A model generated the notes under the pieces. The model did not search any database, had not been told where the DNA came from, and saw only the letters and a list, made by a program, of their open reading frames with translations. Below are positions 1 through 11,000 of a DNA stretch of 64,000 bases, piece by piece. Each line of letters opens with the position of its first letter. The stretch's first letter is position 1. The stretch comes from Podarcis gaigeae. Taxonomy: Eukaryota. The stretch lies in NCBI GenBank assembly GCA_964106915.2, contig OZ066919.1. One strand, given 5' to 3'. Both the position numbers and the translations under genes were made by a program.

Positions 1-244
1 GCTGTTTTATTTCAGTAGTAAAGGTGACGCTGATTGTTGATTGTTAACAGATTTAAGGAAACTTTTAATCTGCTGCAGCTTGCTGCCCTTAAATGTTGGA
101 GTTGGGTTTTAGTTTTAGATTTAATTTTTAGATTTTTTTCAGAGGCTTCATGGGTTTTGTTTGGGTCTTTTTTATTTTTTGGAAGCTGCCCTGAAGGTCC
201 TTGGGCCATTTGCAAGGTGTAAATATAATGAATAAACTCCAGGA

Positions 245-603
245 TAGGGATGAGGGAGATATTTGATTTTGTTTGCATTTTAATGAAAAGCCACTTAATT
301 CTTACTTCTCAAACCAGAACACAAACTGAAACTCAGCAATTCCCCCAAAACTGCACTTGTTTGAATTTTGCAATGCAGTTCTGCAACCAACCACTGTGTA
401 CAAAAATGAGTAAGCAAAGTGTCAACTCAAGTGCATATAGTTGTGAAAATAACATACAAAATTGCTTTTCAAAAATACTAAAAAAAAAGTTTAGTAGGAG
501 AAATTGTCCTACAAGGCTGGTGAATGTTGCTGTGGAAATGTGGAGAGCTGAGTTTAAGATTGGAAAAATAAGAAACTAAAATTGACAAATCTGCCCATCC
601 CTA
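245..603. mobile_element. Non-autonomous hAT-like MITE
   Basis: Termini TAGGGATG...CATCCCTA; related degraded copies near 20490-20700 and 43450-43785; no TSD retained. Confidence 0.6.
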
Positions 604-909
604 TTAGAGGGTCACCTGCACTAAATCACAGAAGAAGAGGGTCTCATTGGCCACACAGTCTAATCCCAAATGCAGGAATTTCAGAGCTAGAGCATCCCCC
701 AGGGTTGGCTGCCCAGCCTCTGCTTGAAAAGCCTCCATGTTCTCTGCCTTGCCCTGTTCTTGCTCCCTAATTCTCTGCCTGGTACTTTAACCATAAGCTG
801 TTGGAAGCTGGCCAGAACCCAGCTCAGTACTTTTGGCTCAGACTTCTCCTCTCTGCACTGACACGGCTCCTTATTCAGCTGGGTTCCCTCCCACCCTTTC
901 TGTTTGCAG

Positions 910-1109
910 GGTTCGATCTTCAAGTAGGGAACAAGCGAAAAGAAGCTGAAGATGCCATGCAAAGGCTCCCGTTCATCAGCAACATGGTCACCAGAGCCAG
1001 TGAGAAGACAAGCATCGCAGAAGCAGCCCTGGGCACTGCAGCTACAGAAGCAGAGGCAGCCCTGAGAATGGCTGGGGAAGCAAAGGAGATTGCGGGGGAC
1101 ATTGACCAG
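910..1109 (+). CDS. LAMC2: Laminin gamma-2, fourth-last coding exon (coiled coil; GFDLQVGNKRKEAEDAMQRL...AGDIDQ)
   Basis: Acceptor tgtttgcag|GG and donor CAG|gtatgg; 200 bp. Translation resembles recalled human LAMC2 FDLQVDNRKAEAEEAMKRL...; lies next to NMNAT2 as in human. Confidence 0.93.
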
Positions 1110-1259
1110 GTATGGGGGGGGGCTGAAAGTATGTTAGTGCCAGAGATCTGCAGTGAGGAAATAGGGGTGGGATCAAGGATACCTGGCTGGCAACAGCCTG
1201 GTTTGGAATTGTTCATTCAGACTTGTATTCAATGTTTGCTGGAGGCTCAGTTTGGATAA

Positions 1260-1490
1260 AAGGTAAATGGACCCCTGACCATTAGGTCCAGTCGTGGCTG
1301 ACTCTGGGGTTGCGGCGCTCGTCTTGCTTTATTGGCTGAGGGAGCTGGTGTACAGCTTCCGGGTCATGTGGCCAGCATGACTAAGCCGCTTCTGGCGAAC
1401 CAGAGCAGTGCACGGAAACGCCGTTCACCTTCCCGCTGGAGCAGTACCTATTTATCTACTTGCACTTTGACGTGCTTTCAGACTGCTAGG
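1260..1490 (-). mobile_element. Sauria SINE, 5'-truncated
   Basis: Reverse complement of the copy at 28697-29046; ACCTTT tail; flanked by ttggataa at 1252-1259 and 1491-1498. Confidence 0.88.
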
Positions 1491-1551
1491 TTGGATAACA
1501 TATTGTTATTCAAAACTACGTAAACTAAAATGCAGGGAGATATGCTGTGCA

Positions 1552-1733
1552 TAGGGTTGCCATATGTCCGGAGTCTCTGGTACATATCCGGAATACTGCA
1601 GTCAGCAGCAGTGTCCATATGAAAATCAGAAAAATGTCTGGGAAAATTCGGACGTATGGTAGCCGATTTCCCATAAAAATAGCTCAACAATTTTTCTGTC
1701 TGTATTTTCACTGTTTGAAATATGGCAACCCTA
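1552..1733. mobile_element. MITE with 14-bp terminal inverted repeats (TIRs)
   Basis: TAGGGTTGCCATAT ... ATATGGCAACCCTA. Confidence 0.8.
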
Positions 1734-1744
1734 GCTGTACACCA

Positions 1745-1900
1745 TATGGCATTTCCACAGCGCTTGGAGAATTCAAATTGCTACATGTACACTGTTATGC
1801 AGTAATTCTTACAACATCCCTGTGAGGTAGGTTAGTATGATGGGGGTGGGGTTTGACTGAGACCAGCTAGTAAGTTGCTGGCAGAGGACTTCTGGACTTT
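1745..1900 (-). mobile_element. Degraded MIR/CORE-type SINE
   Basis: Motif cttacaacatccctgtgaggtagg typical of a reverse-oriented MIR. Confidence 0.45.
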
Positions 1901-2427
1901 GCCTCCACAGTACCTTTCATCCTTAGCTGTAGCCCAGCTAGAGGTGGTTTGCAGGAGCATGACCCTGATACTCTGTAGCATTATTATTATTATTATTGTT
2001 ACTACTACTACTCAATACGTCTCAATACAATTTACAGAGATGTAAAATATAAACATTACACAGACTACAACAAGGTTAGCCAATGTGGTGCTTTCTATGT
2101 GTTTTTGGACTGCCAATCCTATCATCCCTGACCAAGCTAGCTGGAGCTGATGGAAGGAGCCGCGTGGCTACATCTGCACCAGAATGTAATGAAATGTCAT
2201 CATACAAGACATGCCCCTCTTTCCCCAGCACACAGAGTGGAGGTACTGGTTGTATACACAGATACATGTGGTTTTTTACTATCTACCTAATGCAGTTGCT
2301 CATTGTTTCTGCACCTCAAGCCACCAAGGCTTTTCCTTCACCTGCCCGTAACTCCTGTCTTAGTCTTCTTTGCATTGCCACTGATTCTGACCTTATAATT
2401 GTGCGGTTGGCTGGCTTTCTTTTGCAG

Positions 2428-2586
2428 GAGATAGGAAGGCTGGCCATGGAAGCAAACAGGACAGCAGATGGAGTATTAGTCCTGGAGAAAGGAATCATTT
2501 CTTTGCGGGATGAGGCTAGACGTGTGGAGAGCGGGTTACAAAGGAAGGAGCTGGAGGTTGGCATGGATACAACCAGAGCTCAGGAA
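2428..2586 (+). CDS. LAMC2: Laminin gamma-2, third-last coding exon (EIGRLAMEANRTADGVLVLEKG...TRAQE)
   Basis: Acceptor tttgcag|GAG and donor GAA|gtgagt; 159 bp, phase 0-0. Resembles human [22 protein letters not shown]. Confidence 0.93.
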
Positions 2587-2690
2587 GTGAGTGTGCAGCT
2601 TTTTGCCTTTTTATTAAAAGGGGTTTTAAAGGAACCTGCTGAGGGAGGAAGGCCGGCTAATAATACGTTTGATTGTTGCGGCTTCTTCAG

Positions 2691-2790
2691 GTTGGTCAGG
2701 CGTCACAGGGTGCCCGGGCGGATGCCAGTGCTGCTGGGAGCACAGTCCAACAAGTCCTCCGTGCCTTGGATGATGTTTTGCGCACGATGG
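2691..2790 (+). CDS. LAMC2: Laminin gamma-2, penultimate coding exon (VGQASQGARADASAAGSTVQQVLRALDDVLRTM)
   Basis: Acceptor cttcttcag|GTT and donor TGG|gtaaga; 100 bp after a 104-bp intron. Phase matches both neighbours. Confidence 0.9.
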
Positions 2791-2899
2791 GTAAGAAGCC
2801 GTTCTATTTCCTGTTAAGTCTGGAAACATTATTCCAGCACAGAATCGTAGAGTTGGAAGAAATAAGCAGGAACCAGTTACAGTAGGTGGGAGCAAATGT

Positions 2900-3152
2900 T
2901 TGTTGGTGCAGCTGAATATTACGGGCAGGCTTAGAATTTTAATAAGACTTGCAATGTAACAATTACTATGGACAATATGGAGAGATTCAAAATATAGATC
3001 ATGAAATAATACGCAGCTGAAAATGTTAACAATGGAGGGAATGGTGGGAAGTCTGGAGATTCAGATAAATCTCTAATGGTGTATGTGTACTTGGTATTGT
3101 TATAACTTTATGCTTGTAAAATCAAATAAAAATTATTTTTTTAAAAAAAAAA
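2900..3152 (+). mobile_element. L1-like 3' end, sense orientation in the last LAMC2 intron
   Basis: AT-rich body, AATAAA at 3125-3130, A-tail; similar in layout to 33186-33610. Confidence 0.5.
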
Positions 3153-3372
3153 GACCTTTAAGGGCAGACTTGTTCACTTTTGGAGGCCATTTTGGTTCTA
3201 GTGAGAAGGGATCAAAAAGAAATAAAGGTGGCATTCATATTCTTCAATATCTCTGCTGAAGTTCTGATGTTACACAAAAATAATCAATTTACTGGTGAAA
3301 GGTAATTGACTAAAAATATTTATTCTATTGATAGCTTAATCATATGAGATTGATTGATTGAAATATATAGTA

Positions 3373-3610
3373 TAGTGGTACCTTGGTTCTTGAATGGCTT
3401 AGTTGTCAAACAAATTGGCTCCCGAACGCCACAAACCTGGAAGTAAGTGTTCCGGTTTGTGGACCTTTTTCAAAAGCCGAACATCCAATGCTGCTTCCGC
3501 TTGGGCACAGGAAACTCCTGCAACCAATCAGAAGCCTTGGTTTTCAAATGGTTTCGGGAGTCGAACAGACTTGCCAGAACAGATTAAGTTTGAGAACCAA
3601 GGTACCACTG
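3373..3610. mobile_element. Tc1/mariner (Tigger/pogo-like) MITE
   Basis: TA|tagtggtaccttggttct ... agaaccaaggtaccactg|TA. Confidence 0.85.
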
Positions 3611-3626
3611 TACTTAAGGATTAGCT

Positions 3627-3816
3627 AGTCAGATAACAGAGAAGGTCGCGAGGTACATCGAAAGAGCTATGAAATTGAGGGCCACCATCTGAGTGACAGA
3701 CTTGTTCATCTGACGGACCTCCTTTTGCTTGTTCTTTTCTCCCTTTTATCCTTATTTCTATTTTTAATTCTTGTATAGCTGTGGCCTGTTGGCTTTGCTA
3801 ATAAAGTTTTGATTGA
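3627..3816 (+). mobile_element. 5'-truncated non-LTR retrotransposon 3' end
   Basis: 13-bp TSD ttaaggattagct at 3614-3626 and 3817-3829; AATAAA at 3800-3805; short GATT tail. Confidence 0.75.
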
Positions 3817-5575
3817 TTAAGGATTAGCTGGGCACTGACAGCCTAGATTGAGGCACCACATGCAACTGTCCCACAATGAAAATCCCTGTAGTGTCGGGTC
3901 CTGTACAGATGCCCCCTCTGTTGCAGATAGCAATCTAGAGGCCGCTACATAGGATGAAGAAGTCTAAAACACAACTGGACAAAATATTATGGGTTCAAAT
4001 AAAGACATAAAATTTAACTGATAGCTTTTTATTCCCCTTGTATGATGAAACCATGGGATCTGTGAACTACACATCATGAGAGAGTCCCTAACCCAGTGGT
4101 GGTCTTGAAACACTAATAAGAGGTCAGGCTGTATGTGGGGAGAATACGCAAGCAGGAGACTGGAGTGCTGAATCCCTGTTGATCCTCTACCCTCTCCACA
4201 TTCACATTATCTTGGCAAATGTGGGATTGCAAACATACATTTGCTGTGGGAACATATTTCTGTGGCCTAGGAGTGGCCTTATATTTTTCCACATACCAGC
4301 TGCTCTTCAATATGTGCAGCATTTTGCGGTGTGTCAAAGCATATTGTGGTTTTAACTCATTACCAATGTTAGGACTTCAGATCCAAGATCTTTTCATTTC
4401 TAACACATTACATGCACCAGGACCAGTTCATGAAGCTGCAGGACTGAATACTGTTGTGTGATAAATTGCACTCTTTTGAGGCTGCTGGTTATTTCAGTTA
4501 TAAGAATCACACCCATGATCACACACCTGTGACATAGCAGTTAATACAGTCCCCTCAGGTAAGTATGAATTTGCATGGGAGGAGTTATGCATACCTGTCC
4601 TGTCTGACACCCGGGTATCACACACAGAGCCTTTTGAAAGGCTTTGTATGCAGAGCTCAATGTCTGCAGGCCCAATATGCATGGCAGGGGGAACTGCTAT
4701 GTAACAACATTGTTTGTTGTCTATGGTTGCATATTTATTTACTACAAGAAAACTGTTTTTGTTGATTAAACAAATAACGGTCTACAATTAAAAATCTATC
4801 CACAAATGCAAAATCACAGATTGCTTAGTATCATTAAAAATGTCCCACATACAATGGAGAACATTGTTTGGAAACTTACCTTAATGAAAGCCTTTCTAAG
4901 ATCTTCGAATTTAGGGTCAGTTTTCAGCAAGGGGTAGCAGAGAATCCAGGGTTATTGACCACTTCTGAATCACGATGTGCACCTATTAAATAAAGCTGAT
5001 GATCTTCTTCTAGAATCCGGGATCCATGAGTGAATAAATAACATTACAATGGCAGTTTTATCAATGGACAATAGGCTTAATTACTGTAACTGATTGTGTC
5101 AAACTGGGATTTGTGAATGAAGCTGCAATTAAGTGAATGCTTCTCTGATCCCTAAATTGGCTACTTCCAGGTCCTTCTCTGGAAACTTACACAGCATCTC
5201 TGTACTACCTGTTGGTTCGATCACCTCCCTTCAGAGGAAACTGTCTATTGCATCCCCCCAGGAATCATTGCTCTGGATGTGCCTTCTTCCAACCAGGGGT
5301 TGAAACAGTTTCTCACACAGAGTCCTCTGAAGGTGTAGGAGGTACCTGCTGCCTTCAGCCTCTGAAAGTCAGTGTTTTGAAAGTAGAGTGAACCTGCCTC
5401 TAAATTTAATTCAGACAAAAGTGGGCTTTGGCTATCAGAAGTTTAGGCAACACTATAATAAAGTCTTGGGTTTGTGGATTATGGGACAGCTCCTTCAACA
5501 ACCAACTAGATTGAGGGATGCTTGCTCAGAAGGTTTTGCTATTGAGTTCTCCTTTTATTTTACCTCCTCGTATAG

Positions 5576-5826
5576 ATCAACCTGAGTTTGTGGATGAGCA
5601 AGGTGTGATCATGCTTGAAATGAACCTAAGTAAAGTCAGAACAAGAAACAACCAGTTGAAAGAACTGATGGCGCAACTGGAGGAAACAGCCAGGCGTCAG
5701 AAACTTCGGATTCAGACACTGGAATGGAGCATTACTGAGATTCTTGATGATATCAAGAACCTGGAGGAAATCCGGGATAGTCTTCCCCCAAGTTGCTACA
5801 ACATACCTCCCATTGAGAAACCTTGA
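5576..5826 (+). CDS. LAMC2: Laminin gamma-2, terminal coding exon (DQPEFVDEQG...LPPSCYNIPPIEKP*)
   Basis: Acceptor cctcgtatag|AT, stop TGA at 5824-5826. Resembles human DQPLSVDEEG...KNLENIRDNLPPGCYN. C-terminal Cys and Glu(-3) are present. Confidence 0.95.
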
Positions 5827-7955
5827 AGCCTTTGGAAGCTGGGACAGAAGACTTCCATGTACTCTGCTAGATCTTGGATACACAAAGCATCAGAGTTAGG
5901 CAAACGGTTTTGAGTGCTTCAAAAGATCCAAGCCTCTCAGGACTCAAAAAGCCACATGTGACTGCTGAATAGATCTTTTTCAAGTTCCGTTCATCAGGCT
6001 GGAAGAGCAGGCGCATCATTCTGGTTTATGTTGCAGCAGTTCCACTTTGGTGCATCAAGCATGGAGACATAAAGTTTATCTTAGTTGTCCCACTCCTGGG
6101 AAGCAAGGGAAGCAACCTGCAGGCTGCACGACAAAGCAGCTGAATTTAAAGAAACCGGTGTGCCGAGAGACATGATTATTGCTGACTATATTAGGAGAAG
6201 GTATGTGCCCTGGGTTAGTGTGTGGCTGCAGTTCAAAGCTCGGAGCCAGCAGCTGAATCTGAACTCCCAACTACGTGTCCGCCATCCTAGCCTTCCTTTC
6301 TCTCAGCCTGATCTAATGTAATAAGATGGAAGTTATACTCAGCTAAATTAACTTATGCTACATTAAAACCTTTTTATTACCATGAATTACTCTTAACTCT
6401 CACTCTCCCACTTAGAATCTCGCAGGCTGCTTTTCCTTCTGAAAATCTTTCTTAGCATCTAATGTTTCTTAACCTCAAGGATGGGATAAGTTTGGGCCAC
6501 TGAAAGCTTGCATAGGCCTAAAACTGGTTCAGTAGCATTGCCTCACCACAGGAATTCTGGGAAATCAGTGATATCGAACAGCATATTCTCAATACTCTAA
6601 TCAAACTACAGTTCCCAGAGTCCCTCAGAGTGGGGGGGGGGGCAGGGGAAGCCCTGAGAGTTACTTGTAGAAAATAAATATAGGCTTGTAGAAGCCTGTG
6701 GCAGCAATGGTGATTTAATATGTTCTTGCTTCATTTCTCCTCCCTTTTTTTACAATGAAAATGGGGGTGTCTCTGGTAGATTATCTACAACAAGCTCAAG
6801 AGTGTTTTGTTAACCTCATGTGGCTATATAGTGAGAACCACCTACCTGGCCTTAGGTTATAGCTTAGTAAAATTGCCTAGCAGTGCAAGCCTATATATAC
6901 TCATAAGAAAGTCCCCCTGAATGCAATAGAACTCCCCCCCCCCCCCGGTAACTGGGTCTAGGATGGCAGCCTAAGCTTCTTGTTTTGAATCACCATCTCA
7001 GTGAAAGGAGGGACAGACTTTCTTGCGGGAGACAGACAAAATCCCTCTGGATAATTCTGCTGGTTTCCATTTTATAACTCTGTTTTAAGTTATCGTTCAA
7101 GGCTGTAGTTGGAAAAAGAAACATGCACTATGCCCTTGCTTCGAACAGTACTTCATACACGTGTATAATGGTGCTAAACATCAAGTATTCTGTTGTGGTT
7201 GGGTGAAAAGGGCAAAATAAATAATGAATCCCCATGGTTTGAGAAGGCTGCTTATTTCCTTAATTGTGTTTCTCATTCTGGAAACTCCCCACCCCCACCC
7301 CCCGCACAGTGTGAACATTTTAGTGGTGGCGAAATCGACTTTAACTTTGGATAAAGGTAGTTGCAGCATGCCCCAGCGACGGAGGGATCCTGGTCAATGC
7401 CTTGATTCTGTGATCATCCCTCAAGCATTCTACCACTGCAACCTAGTGATTAGTCCTGGCATCAGCCTGGCCAGCTTCTTTGCTCAGTCCACAAAACAGA
7501 TGAAAGACAGTACCTTGTAGTTGCCAGACAACCGTCATTTACTTTCAGTCCAGAAGAGGTCAAAGCTTCTTGTGTTTTACACACAAAGGCCCTCCTCTAG
7601 CAACTGCTCTCCCACCAGAGTTTGAAATCAGCTTCTGATGCTACATGGGAGAGTTCTTGTGCTACAGAAATAAAAGCACAATAAAAACCCAGGTGCACAT
7701 GGAAATCTTACTGGATACTTCTCTGGATTAGGACTAATCTGCCTTTCCCTGTTCACCAGACCTTTTACATGGGATTCTGTGCTGCGAATAAGCCTGTTTG
7801 TCACCGGGAGAGGCAGCAGCAGATGTTGTCAGCATGCTACTTTAACAACATAGAACCAGCCATCTATCAACCTTTGCTACAACAAATGAAAAAGGGAACG
7901 GCAGAATTCTATTTTAATATAATTGCTAAGTAAAAATAAAATAAGGTTGTCAAAC
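5827..7955 (+). other. LAMC2: Probable LAMC2 3' UTR (end uncertain)
   Basis: Follows the stop codon. AATAAA at 6673, 7669, 7680 and 7935; the last is followed by GT-rich ctgtgcttgtttcc. Confidence 0.55.
7935..7940 (+). terminator. Candidate distal poly(A) signal of LAMC2
   Basis: AATAAA with a downstream GT-rich element. Confidence 0.5.
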
Positions 7956-8074
7956 TGTGCTTGTTTCCAGCAAATTATTCTCTAAAGTCCCATTAAGTAG
8001 TTGCTATGCTGCAAACCACAGAAATTTACCTAGTAAACGGAAACAGTAGTGAAGGTCAACACAAATTTCATTAG

Positions 8075-11000
8075 TGTAATTTTTTTATTACATCCTTTTA
8101 AACATTTTGTTTTGTTTTTGGCCATGACCATTTTAGCAACAATGACCTAACTCTAGCATATTCAAATCTTTTTTTTTCCTTTTAAAACTTTTTTTTTAAA
8201 ACAAAGCGAATTTTACGGTTTAAAATTGCAAGTAATGTAAAACAGTCACCTTCCCTCCCTCTTCCCCCCCCCCATCCCCACCCTGCAATGAAAACCCACT
8301 CCTCTGATGTGTGGGTCAAAGCCTGACACTTTTGCCAACTCTTTCCAAACCAATCCCATCAGCATCATCCAGATTTATGCTCCGCCCTGCTCTCTCTCCC
8401 CTCCCCCCTAACCATAAGCATAACTGAGCACATGAAGGCAAAGATAAGACAAATAAGACATTATATACATCATCTGAACCACAATGCTATGTTCCTAAGG
8501 CATGCTGTCCTAAACTGGATGAAACTGGAAAGTGGCCAGAATAACCCATCTTTTGTTCCAGAGTATGGAGAATTCATCCCTCTATTTTCTTTGCTAACCT
8601 CATTTTCTTAATCCTCCCCACAAAAGTGTCCTTCAAAACTTTCTGGAAGGCCACAATTTCTGCCTTTCACTCTCTCACACACAGAGACAAATACAGACTG
8701 TCAGATACGTTCTTGGCTTTGCACTCTGCAGCTTAGCATTGAGATGTACGTGGGTTCCAGCAAGAGGTTGTGGCTGCTCTTAAAACGGAGGCATGTGAAA
8801 GAGAGAGTGCTTTGGAAATAGTAGTTGGTAACGCGGAACAGGACAGCAATAGCTACTTATCTAGAGTCATGTAGGATTTCTAAGCCTTCTGTGAGTAGAA
8901 AAAATCTCATCAAAGAGACGGTCTCTTCTGTACATCTGCCTGTGACAGCAGTGAGTGTCTAAGGGGTAGTGAATGCTTTGGGGTGTGGTACTATAATGCC
9001 AGGTTGTGACACAAATCTCATCCCTGTGTGCCACCATCTTCTCTGGCTGCCAAACGCTTTTAGGGGTAGCAGCTGCCTAAGAACGTGCAACAGAAAATGA
9101 GGGATTGAGGTATTTAGGGTGGAATCCCCATGCCCCATTCACTCACATTTTACGAGTCCACATGACATCTTCCATTTATAACCCTTCTTTGTTTTCTCAG
9201 TGTTTCCTTCATCTTTTTTTCTAATAGCAGAAAGTTTTATCTTCTTGAAAACATGGATGCCCTTAGCACTATTCTTATCCTCTTTTTAAAAAAAAAGATA
9301 TGTGGTTTTGATGCGAGCAGTGATATATTGAGCAAGCAAGTTTATCATTCATGATAATCTTTGTGGTGGGCACCATTTTATAAATCAGACAGTATTTTTC
9401 ATCAATATTTAAAATAGCACTAAAATGCTTTTCTGGATATATAATATTAAAATAGTAGCAAAATACTGCTTAAATTAAAAAAAAAATGTTTTAGTACTCT
9501 AACAATAAATTACTAAAGGAAAAGAAGACAGAAACCTTTCCACTCATCACCACAAGGAGTTTTTCCCCGATTCAACACTTTCAATACAAAGGAAACATTA
9601 AATACTTGGTTATTTGACATTTTGTTAGTAATAATGGACAATCACACTCAAATGAGTAAGTGCTTAGTACTAAATAAATGACTCTTTGTTTAAAACAACA
9701 ACAACTGGATTCCCCCCCCCCCCCCAAATAACTGCACAGGTTATTTGGACCTTCTTCCTCATCCAGAGCAGGCATGTCACACAGCAGAACAAGCAAAAGA
9801 AAAGCGAAATATCCCCAATAGTGTGGAAAGACAATTACAATTCTGGTTGTAGTTTGCATTAGCACTCAAGGACACCAACGTGGAAGCAGCCAGAGATTCT
9901 AAATACTGATTTTTCCAGGGACACTTCCTGTATTCAGTGCAGATGGTCACCTATAAGTCCAGTGAGAAAGATGTAGCCAGGCAAGAGCTCAGAATGAAGT
10001 ATGCATTGCTTTCACTCCAGCCAAGAATAGCTGATCTAGGCTTGTAGAAATCTCACATGGACAGCCTTCCTGAGGCTATGCCACTCTAGAGTCCCTGATG
10101 GAGGATCACATGTGTGAATACTTCCCCAGATCAAGCAAATACACACAACACCTCAGGCATTTGACACATTTCTCTAACTCTGTTTAGTGGGGCCAAGTGA
10201 GGAAGTGCAACTCATGGTTTGGTTGTGACACATTATTTCTGAAGAACCATATTGCATTTCTTCCTCTCTGACAGACATTCACTGATTCCTCTCACTAGCT
10301 ATAACACAATCACAACTGGCTACTTGTTTTGAGAACTAAATCGAGTGCAGCTGCTGGTATTTCCTTGAGGTTTGGGGGAGGGCATTGCCTGAGTGAGGGG
10401 GAGAGTGCCTCTTCCTGCAGTTGCCCCCCCCCCCAGGCTGAAAGAGGCAGGCATGTTGACAGAGGGAAACAGCTGCGAATGAACGAGCCTGAACTAATCA
10501 CACTAGCAAGGGTGCAGTGGACACCACAAGTGATGAAAAGCCAAATGAGCTTCTGCAGAAAATTAAACACTTTAAACCAAGAGGACACAGCCAATCTGGG
10601 ACAAATGATTGAAGGCATTCCATGAGCAAGCAAGGTGGGTTACTTACTTGCAGCATCCCAGGCAGGTGTGCTCTGTGTCACTACTCTACTCTAGGGAGTG
10701 CTCCTTTTTAAAAAGGGATTAAAGCACAACAGGAAACCCATTTAAATTCCCTGCCCTTAGAAACAAGCATCTATTTACAAAGGGAAATTCTGCCTCCCTG
10801 CCATTCTTTCATCCTTTCCCCAGCAATTCCCCTCCTTCAGATAACACAATCCAGAATTTGGGCAGTTTCTTTTCTTTTTCTTTCTTTTTCAAGCTAAATC
10901 TTCCATGCTTGACCTAAAAAGTCTGGGCTTTGTACCAAGTGGGTCAGAATCTCCTTCTGCCAACCACATTCTAATTTGAATGGATCACAGCAATTTTTTA

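Noticed and set aside
801-2885. ORF-track proteins 801-1259, 2083-2817 and 2673-2885 as standalone genes
   Set aside because: They are LAMC2 exons extended into intron sequence.
910-5826. Calling the laminin gene LAMC1 because it ends in IEKP
   Set aside because: The exon sequences (FDLQV, EIG.L..EAN.TADG, DQP..VDE.G, LPP.CYN) and direct adjacency to NMNAT2 fit LAMC2.
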